In this document: one piece after another, positions 32,350 to 38,035 of the stretch
How positions within the stretch are numbered: position 1 is the first letter of the stretch
How the letters are laid out: every line of letters begins with the position of its first letter
Source of the DNA: a virus
Length of the DNA stretch: 38,035 nucleotides
Reading direction: 5' to 3' (one strand)
IMG/VR virus record: IMGVR_UViG_3300042922_000169
Location: 1-38,035 of that record
Program-made: the position numbers and the translations under genes
The notes under the pieces: generated by a model
Told to the model about the DNA's origin: nothing
Seen by the model: the letters and a program-made list of their open reading frames with translations, nothing else
Database searches by the model: none

Positions 32350-32615
32350 AGGCTTCTCCCTTCTATCACCTCAAAATAATCACAATCACCACATTCTTTA
32401 TCCTTGCATTCAGCGAAGACATTCATCTGAGTAATTTCACATACTTTCTTGCAATGAATAACTTTATAGTCGAATGTATCAGTTGGTCTTATGTATCCTA
32501 ATGGATATTCGCAATTATGACAGTCCTGGATATCACAATTTTCGTTCTGACAGTATTTCTGGATCACTTCGACAGCGTTTTTAAAGTCTTTTGGCATATC
32601 TTCATAAAAGCTCAT
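32346..32615 (-). CDS. Cys-rich hypothetical protein
   Basis: 89 aa with 10 Cys, including CHNC and CGDC. Confidence 0.5.
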   Translation of the reverse strand: MSFYEDMPKDFKNAVEVIQKYCQNENCDIQDCHNCEYPLGYIRPTDTFDYKVIHCKKVCEITQMNVFAECKDKECGDCDYFEVIEGRSL

Positions 32616-32639
32616 ATGTTTTATCTCCCTTCTGATAAA

Positions 32640-32843
32640 TCAAATTAGCAATAAATCAACTAATCTTATATTTTCTTTTTTAAGTCTTTCGTCCTTCATC
32701 TCAATAAATTTATCAATTAATTCATCTTTTGTAAGGTTCTGAACGCAGGCATTGGTTAGGTCTTTATCTATGTCTAATTCACCTGCTATAACAACTATTG
32801 CATTTATCAATCTTTCTCTTGCTTCTGTTACGTTATCTTTCAT
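32640..32843 (-). CDS. Hypothetical protein
   Basis: 67 aa, helical. RBS GGAAAGGAAG. Confidence 0.45.
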   Translation of the reverse strand: MKDNVTEARERLINAIVVIAGELDIDKDLTNACVQNLTKDELIDKFIEMKDERLKKENIRLVDLLLI

Positions 32844-32943
32844 ATCTTCCTTTCCGATGCAGGAACCGGCTCAGCCTGCCGCTCCTGCATCTATATCAAT
32901 CCCGGACTTGCCGGACGGATTGCTTAGTTACCTAAATATCAGT

Positions 32944-33840
32944 TTAGCTAATTAATTCTAAGTCTAATTCCATCTGGTCAGGATCTTCGTTCATCCACCA
33001 CTGGAATACTTCCTCACCGGATTTCCACTCGGTTTCCAGTCCTCTACGAAGCCTTTCTTTAATCATCCGGTCAAAAGCATGGATATAAAGGGTTTGGTAT
33101 TTAGGGAATACGGCAAATTCAAAATATCTCTTCTTATTCGCCAATGGACACCCGATACAACCAACTCTATCAAATCCCATGCAGTATAATGGATTGCATT
33201 CGAGCTTTTCAGAATGGATGTAATCCCAAATATCTGTATTTGTCCATTCAATGATTGGGTTACACACCGATTTAGCGCGAAGCTCACACTTTTCAAAGAA
33301 TCTTCTGTTGGTGTCATTGTCATTGGTTAATATGATTTTGCTCTGAGGATCATCGTTATCTGAAAGCTTAATCTTATTTTTCTTTGTACTCCCTATGATC
33401 TCCATGCCCCCCTTAGTTGATCTTTGAGTACTTTCATCCCAACGAACCCCAGTTGCTATCATCCGTCCGTCTCCGGCTCCTTCTTTAAGCACCTGACAGC
33501 AATATCTTGCCTTTCTAGTTGGAGGCATTAATTTTAGTGGTATGAGTGTCCACATTGAAATTGGTTCGCCTTGATATCTAGGTTTTTCTATAGTACACTT
33601 GATTCCCTTAAGCTCCAGATCATAAAACTTTTTCTTTATGTATCTGACTGTTTCAGGAGCGTCAGCGGTTGTATGGCTATTCTGTACTTCGAACGGGATA
33701 CCGCTTCTTATCACCAATTCAAGCTGCACATCACTGTCTTTCCCACCGCTATATGTAACTAGAAGAGGCTGTCCATAATATCTTAACGACATTTCACTAG
33801 CCATTCTCAGCCGTTCAAATGATTTATGTTCTAAATCCAA
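32944..33840 (-). CDS. PAPS reductase-family protein (IbrA/DndC-like adenine-nucleotide alpha-hydrolase)
   Basis: 298 aa. PP-loop LLVTYSGGKDSDV, ..RWDES, C-terminal Cys cluster CNPLYCMGFDRVGCIGCPLA. Confidence 0.75.
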   Translation of the reverse strand: MDLEHKSFERLRMASEMSLRYYGQPLLVTYSGGKDSDVQLELVIRSGIPFEVQNSHTTADAPETVRYIKKKFYDLELKGIKCTIEKPRYQGEPISMWTLIPLKLMPPTRKARYCCQVLKEGAGDGRMIATGVRWDESTQRSTKGGMEIIGSTKKNKIKLSDNDDPQSKIILTNDNDTNRRFFEKCELRAKSVCNPIIEWTNTDIWDYIHSEKLECNPLYCMGFDRVGCIGCPLANKKRYFEFAVFPKYQTLYIHAFDRMIKERLRRGLETEWKSGEEVFQWWMNEDPDQMELDLELIS

Positions 33841-33871
33841 TCCGCACCTCCTTATTTAACTAAATCCTTAA

Positions 33872-34306
33872 TTAGTCCTGCGTCGTCAGAAGAAATTGCT
33901 TCTCTTCCAGCTTCTCAAAAAGCGTTCTACCATGGTTATCTACTATGTAAGGCATGAATATTTCTTCCATCCGAACCATTTCGATATCAAGTAATGCCAT
34001 CTGTGCCTCAACCCAATCCTTAAGAATGCGCCATGCTACACGCTCCGCTTGATCTCTGGTATCCTTCACACTTTTAACTCCGGCTTTCTTTTCTTTCTTC
34101 AAAACCGCAAGGCACTCATTAACCTTAACCGGAAGTTTAATCGGTACTTGGTTGTATCCAGTATCAATCAAGAATGATAAACCAGTTATACTATCTCCTT
34201 CAAACTCCTTCATAATGGATTTAGCCTTATGTTTCATCAAAATATATTCAATTTCCGATACCGTTTTAAAAGCATCGATTGTAGTTGTGTAGTTCAATAT
34301 TGCCAC
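33872..34306 (-). CDS. Hypothetical protein
   Basis: 144 aa. GTG start after AAGGGAGGAA. Confidence 0.5.
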   Translation of the reverse strand: MAILNYTTTIDAFKTVSEIEYILMKHKAKSIMKEFEGDSITGLSFLIDTGYNQVPIKLPVKVNECLAVLKKEKKAGVKSVKDTRDQAERVAWRILKDWVEAQMALLDIEMVRMEEIFMPYIVDNHGRTLFEKLEEKQFLLTTQD

Positions 34307-34367
34307 TGAGTTTCCTCCCTTCGCTATTGAGGTAAAACTTTACTTCTCCAAACCCATTTAATTACTC

Positions 34368-34416
34368 TTTACACTACAATCCAAAAGTACTATAATTAAC
34401 TCCGAACACATGTTCT
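34368..34416 (+). promoter_or_regulatory. Near-consensus promoter with a LexA (Cheo) box over the transcription start
   Basis: TTTACA (34368-34373), 17 nt, TATAAT (34391-34396). CGAACACATGTTCT is at 34403-34416, with a perfect GAAC-N4-GTTC core. Confidence 0.65.
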
Positions 34417-34438
34417 TGTTTTCTATTCCGGAGGCCTT

Positions 34439-34708
34439 ATGAACGAACCAGTACACGCAATTGCAACCTTTCTAACTGATGGCACCATACACCCTCATTA
34501 CATTCAAGTAAATGACGTTACCTATAAACTAGGCGATATCGTTTATATCAAAGATGAAATCTTTGCAGGCATCCCAACTAGACTATTTTGTTGCTGCTTA
34601 GAGGCTGACGGTACCACACATGAAATAAAGGTTAGGTATCATTTTCGCACCCATCAGTGGGTCTTAATCGGAGGTTCGGACAATGCCATTTTTAAATCCA
34701 GTACGTAG
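34439..34708 (+). CDS. Small protein of an unassigned family (paralog 2)
   Basis: 89 aa, homologous to 10391..10627. Counter-oriented inside the early operon. Confidence 0.65.
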   Translation: MNEPVHAIATFLTDGTIHPHYIQVNDVTYKLGDIVYIKDEIFAGIPTRLFCCCLEADGTTHEIKVRYHFRTHQWVLIGGSDNAIFKSST

Positions 34709-34964
34709 GCCTGTTATCCAACACCCGGAAGGGCACCCAGTGGATGTAATCGTATCTGTCAGTATTGATGCTAGATTTAGGATTGATTACATCCGGCTGG
34801 AGGATGATCGTGGTGAACGGTTTACTTATAAGATTTCCTATTGCCATTTACGCAAGGCATTTAACTTCATTGAAACCTATGATTGCGAATATGTAGCCAA
34901 TGGGAGGATTAATTATATTACCCTTGTGTTTGATGTTATGGAGCATTATTGGGTTTTGGGATGA
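34683..34964 (+). CDS. Small protein, distant third member of the same family (paralog 3)
   Basis: 93 aa. RBS GGAGG-N8-ATG. The previous gene overlaps it by 26 nt. It shares the pattern ...YIRLEDD..ERFTYKI.Y......F....YDCEY...G....I.L.F....H.WVLG. Confidence 0.55.
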   Translation: MPFLNPVRRPVIQHPEGHPVDVIVSVSIDARFRIDYIRLEDDRGERFTYKISYCHLRKAFNFIETYDCEYVANGRINYITLVFDVMEHYWVLG

Positions 34965-35432
34965 TTACTCCTTGTATGTTTCTGGTAGTGGTTTCCATGC
35001 GATAACGTCAAATTCATCACCTAATATGTAATTGCCATTGTCTGCTATAGCATTATCTTCATACCAGCACTCAGGAACCCAAAAGCAATCATTTTCCTCG
35101 TCATACTCAGTGTCAACATATTCAGTGTCCCATCCCCAATCCTCGGTTGTGTGACTATGTGGAGCGTTGTAACATGCTTTATATATAAAATATCCTCTTG
35201 CTCCATCTTTTCTTCGTGCTGTTACAATAACCGGATTATCATTCTCTGGAAGCCGTTCTGATGTCGGTATCCATCCGTTATTTAATTGCTGAGTGAGTGC
35301 GGATATTGCAAGCTTGGTTGCCTTTTCTTGCTCGTTCCAATCAATAACATATGATTCTTCTCTAAGGCTTTTAATCTCATCTAAAAACTCTTCCCAGTAT
35401 TCAATAGCCTTTTCAATCTCTTGCTTATTCAT
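34965..35432 (-). CDS. DUF551-like protein
   Basis: Preferred start is MNKQEIEKAIEYW at 35432. GWIPTSERLPENDNPVIVTA is the typical DUF551 signature. Confidence 0.55.
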   Translation of the reverse strand: MNKQEIEKAIEYWEEFLDEIKSLREESYVIDWNEQEKATKLAISALTQQLNNGWIPTSERLPENDNPVIVTARRKDGARGYFIYKACYNAPHSHTTEDWGWDTEYVDTEYDEENDCFWVPECWYEDNAIADNGNYILGDEFDVIAWKPLPETYKE

Positions 35433-36003
35433 CCTTGACAGCTCCTTCCAAATTGTGTCCGTATGGATCAATCCCTAACTCTCTGCACTTTGCAATACTA
35501 CTTGTCATTCCGGAGGTAGATGTACCGCTCATTAATAAATCTCTTACTACAACCCAGTTTTGATTTCTAAGTCCGTATACTTTAGGCATGTTTGATAAAT
35601 AGTTTTTGAGAAGTCTTATTTCATCCGGTTCAATAGGACGGAATTTGTCCATCATATCGCACCACTCAATAAAGGCCTCTATAATCGGTTTTGTATCCCT
35701 GCTGGCAGCCCATCCAGCGAAGCCTATAAATCCATCGTAGTTAAAGCTTATGCACTCTCTTTTGCGCCATTCACGGCTGTTTAAACGAATGTAACTACAA
35801 AGCAAATTACCATTCGTTTTGTATCTTGCATCAATCTTTTGGCTCAAGTGTATTGTATCATCTGACATTTCGTGATTCTTGCAGGCTCTCTTGATATGCT
35901 TGTTTAATATCATTATGAGGCAGCATATATCTCCGCTTGTTATATCCGAATATGTAAGGCCTTTATCATCGAAATATTGTCTTGCTTCATCGTTCGTCAT
36001 CAT
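35425..36003 (-). CDS. Hypothetical early protein
   Basis: 192 aa, tightly packed in the operon. Confidence 0.5.
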   Translation of the reverse strand: MMTNDEARQYFDDKGLTYSDITSGDICCLIMILNKHIKRACKNHEMSDDTIHLSQKIDARYKTNGNLLCSYIRLNSREWRKRECISFNYDGFIGFAGWAASRDTKPIIEAFIEWCDMMDKFRPIEPDEIRLLKNYLSNMPKVYGLRNQNWVVVRDLLMSGTSTSGMTSSIAKCRELGIDPYGHNLEGAVKDE

Positions 36004-36325
36004 TGAAAACTCCTTTCACGATATTTGCGGCTCTCTGCACTACTTGATTAGCAAATCTTATGTTTTCATCTTTCATAATATGGTTTATTTGCTCCACAAC
36101 CTTATCCACATCGTAGGCAGTATGAAGATCACTTATGCCGTCTATGGCTTCATATGCATCTATCAGTGTTAGATTTTGATTTCCATACATATTTCCATCG
36201 GTACACAAGTTTTCTATTACCTGTATTGCTGCTTTACGGCTTATTAAATCACCTTTATGCTCACTTTGAAGCTTTACATCCTTTATGCTCATTTGGCCTT
36301 CACACTCGTAATTAAATACATCCAT
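35987..36325 (-). CDS. Hypothetical early protein
   Basis: 112 aa. Confidence 0.5.
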   Translation of the reverse strand: MDVFNYECEGQMSIKDVKLQSEHKGDLISRKAAIQVIENLCTDGNMYGNQNLTLIDAYEAIDGISDLHTAYDVDKVVEQINHIMKDENIRFANQVVQRAANIVKGVFNDDER

Positions 36326-36645
36326 TACACCGCCTGCCTTTCTCTCGGCTTAACATACTTATGTGGCTTGCCTTTTATCATTACGGTTACAATCCGTCCG
36401 CCTCTGTCTAATTCTCTGGCAGCTCTAAGCATTTCATTCCACTTGTCAACGAGCTCGTCTCTGATCTCCCCATCAACCACGATTTTGTACAATCCCTTTG
36501 CTTTCGTTTTATTTCTCGCGTATTTATTCACAAATCCGGCTGGGATGCTTATAATCGAAGAAACTTGCATACATGTTAAATTAGTACCTACAATTGTTTC
36601 TCTCCCATTGTTTGGATGTACTTTTATTACGGAATATGTATTCAT
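36325..36645 (-). CDS. Hypothetical early protein
   Basis: 106 aa. Its TAATG overlaps the downstream gene. Confidence 0.5.
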   Translation of the reverse strand: MNTYSVIKVHPNNGRETIVGTNLTCMQVSSIISIPAGFVNKYARNKTKAKGLYKIVVDGEIRDELVDKWNEMLRAARELDRGGRIVTVMIKGKPHKYVKPRERQAV

Positions 36646-36833
36646 TCATCTTCCTCCTCTAAGGCCTTAATATCTCCGTCCCCGGATACCAGTATGCCTT
36701 GCTTATAACTCTTACCTACTTTTACTTTGGCTCTCTCTACGGTAAACCCATTCTCTACAAGGATACCGGCTATTGTCTGTAATTTATCTAACCCATTGAT
36801 TGGGATGAATACTTTACCATCCTTTATAATCAT
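36642..36833 (-). CDS. Hypothetical small protein
   Basis: 63 aa. Its ATGA overlaps the downstream gene. Confidence 0.45.
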   Translation of the reverse strand: MIIKDGKVFIPINGLDKLQTIAGILVENGFTVERAKVKVGKSYKQGILVSGDGDIKALEEEDE

Positions 36834-36842
36834 GATTACCTC

Positions 36843-37415
36843 CTAATCTTCATCCCTGTTGATTGATATGGGTAATACAAGCCTTAAGCACCTTTTGTCT
36901 TTTAAATCCCTGATGATGACCGGGTCTTTTTCCCCTCTGGTTTCAATCATTGTCCGCTTCTTTTCTCCGTGATAGTTTATACCTTTCAGTGCCTCGGTTA
37001 GAAACAACGGGTCAATTCCGATCTTTGACAATGGTTTAATCAATTCCGTATCTGCTAACATTTTCTTGGTATCGTACCATTCACCCTCAGGCTGCTTGAA
37101 TTTTAGGCTATAAAATCCTAAATCGATTTTTGCATATCCATTGTAAAGTTCTATTTCAGTTTCCGTGGAATCCGTTTTCCATGGGTTAAATGGCTTAATG
37201 TAAACCGAAAAGCTTCTTTCTGTTTTGCATTTAACATATTCAATTGCAATTCGATGTCCGTCTAATGCCTCACATCTAGCCTCCTGTGTAACCTTGTTAA
37301 ACTCGATAAAGATATGTTCCATCTTTTTATCAGTGTATTGGTTGTATTTCATAACGAAAGGCTTTAGAGCCTTAATAACTCTTATTAATTCATCAGTCTT
37401 AATTGATGCTTTCAT
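36843..37415 (-). CDS. Half-size beta-sliding-clamp-like protein (tentative)
   Basis: 190 aa. CEALDGHRIAIEY resembles the DnaN ATDGHRLA motif. The C-terminal DPLFLTEALKGI ... CLRLVLPISI resembles the DnaN domain-III ending (..YL.dAL... yllMP.r.). It lies next to the replisome organizer. Confidence 0.35.
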   Translation of the reverse strand: MKASIKTDELIRVIKALKPFVMKYNQYTDKKMEHIFIEFNKVTQEARCEALDGHRIAIEYVKCKTERSFSVYIKPFNPWKTDSTETEIELYNGYAKIDLGFYSLKFKQPEGEWYDTKKMLADTELIKPLSKIGIDPLFLTEALKGINYHGEKKRTMIETRGEKDPVIIRDLKDKRCLRLVLPISINRDED

Positions 37416-37424
37416 GCTTACCTC

Positions 37425-38035
37425 CTAAAGATTCTTGTTTAATAGCTTCTTTTCCATCTCGGCATAATCCTGAGCGGTATATGTTCGCTGTGGGAAATCA
37501 TGCTGCTTATTTATTGGTTTTGGTTGCTGTTGTGGCTTATTCTCTTGCTTGAGAGGAAATAAACCTTTCCAACCGCTTACTATAGATTGATTAATGATAG
37601 CTATTTGGGTCGATATATCCGGTGATAACTTAGGCAGCTGCTTAATCATTAAGTCAATAGCCTTATCCGTCATAGGAGCTTTCATGGATTTACTTTTTCT
37701 GAACTCTATGAAATCTAAAATAGCTTGATTTAATAACAGATCATCAACGTAATTTTTTATATTATCGTTAGATAATATATTGTTATCATTATTCTCATTA
37801 TTGTTTGTGCTTTTTGGTGTTTCCTCGGTGTTTCCTTTGCGTTTCTTTGGTGTTTCCTTGGTGTTTCTTGAATTCTGGAAATCGCTATATTTTACAATGG
37901 TTATAGCTGTTTCCTTGGTGTTACTATTTTTTTCTATCATGTGTTCCTTTTCGAGAACATTCAAAAAATCAAAAACTTTCTTCCGTGACCAGCCCCAACG
38001 ATCAGCTAATTTCTTTATGCTTGTGATGCGAGACC
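37425..38035 (-). CDS. Replisome organizer (DnaD-like), C-terminal two thirds. The N-terminus runs off the window end and is completed by 287..1.
   Basis: C-terminal DnaD-like domain LLNQAILDFIEFRKSKSMKAPMTDKAIDLMIKQL...IINQSIVSGWKGLFP. Low-complexity Asn/Lys/Thr linker. Confidence 0.75.
   Translation of the reverse strand, partial: SRITSIKKLADRWGWSRKKVFDFLNVLEKEHMIEKNSNTKETAITIVKYSDFQNSRNTKETPKKRKGNTEETPKSTNNNENNDNNILSNDNIKNYVDDLLLNQAILDFIEFRKSKSMKAPMTDKAIDLMIKQLPKLSPDISTQIAIINQSIVSGWKGLFPLKQENKPQQQPKPINKQHDFPQRTYTAQDYAEMEKKLLNKNL
37816..37870. repeat. Five tandem 11-bp iterons inside the replisome-organizer gene (candidate origin)
   Basis: GGTGTTTCCTC GGTGTTTCCTT TGCGTTTCTTT GGTGTTTCCTT GGTGTTTCTTG. 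A sixth copy, GCTGTTTCCTT, is at 37906-37916. An AT-rich tract at 37741-37810 is adjacent. Confidence 0.55.
37909..38035. repeat. Terminal direct repeat, right copy, identical to 1..127
   Basis: Same 127 nt as the window start. Confidence 0.95.

Larger units (their letters stand above)
1..37908. mobile_element. One complete genome unit of a temperate tailed phage or prophage (siphovirus-type, HK97-like head module), circularly permuted in this window
   Basis: Full set of lysogeny, recombination, replication, packaging, head, tail and lysis genes. The 127-bp terminal overlap closes the circle. Confidence 0.85.

Noticed and set aside
37425-37964. Treating the 179-aa track ORF as a complete gene
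   Set aside because: Its first codon is an internal TTG. The frame stays open to the window end and continues in frame from 287..1, giving a 256-aa replisome organizer with the expected N-terminal domain.
1-38035. CRISPR arrays, IS elements, rRNA genes, or a diversity-generating retroelement next to the fibre genes
   Set aside because: There are no spaced direct-repeat arrays, no transposase or reverse-transcriptase-like ORFs, and no rRNA-like sequence. The only tandem repeats are the 11-bp iterons at 37816-37870.

Overview
The window holds one complete, circularly permuted genome (unit length 37,908 bp) of a temperate siphovirus-type phage or prophage from a low-GC Firmicute, probably Clostridia-like. 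Bases 1-127 are identical to 37909-38035, so the contig closes on itself. Almost all genes lie on the minus strand as one long leftward programme. It begins with a Cro-like gene and Rha, followed by a five-gene recombination module (SbcC-like ATPase, RecT/Bet-like annealase, PD-(D/E)XK nuclease, Ref-like HNH, RusA). Next come a DnaD-like replisome organizer that spans the window junction, small early genes, a PAPS-reductase-like gene, MazG and a sigma-region-4-like late regulator. The late region then runs tRNA-Met(CAT), HNH, TerS, TerL, portal, ClpP-like protease, HK97-type capsid, connectors, tail tube, G/G-T chaperones with an A_AAA_AAC frameshift site, tape measure, Dit/Tal, fibres, holin and M15 endolysin. 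The plus strand carries the CI-like repressor, a large serine integrase and several counter-oriented islands. The most interesting observations are as follows. (1) A silent, inverted alternative C-terminal cassette sits against the distal tail-fibre gene, bounded by an in-frame 12-bp inverted repeat, which suggests an inversion switch with no dedicated invertase in the genome. (2) Three perfect Firmicute LexA (Cheo) boxes sit in promoter regions of small unknown genes, while the CI-like repressor lacks an S24 autocleavage domain. This suggests an SOS/antirepressor-type induction circuit. It includes a three-member family of small paralogous proteins that I could not assign to any family, two of which are embedded antisense within the early operon. 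(3) An int-proximal accessory island contains a second divergent HTH switch and a DUF3467 / toxin-like / DUF2283 operon. (4) Five phased 11-bp iterons lie inside the replisome-organizer gene, next to a half-size beta-clamp-like protein. All functional calls come from motif recognition by eye; no database search was run.
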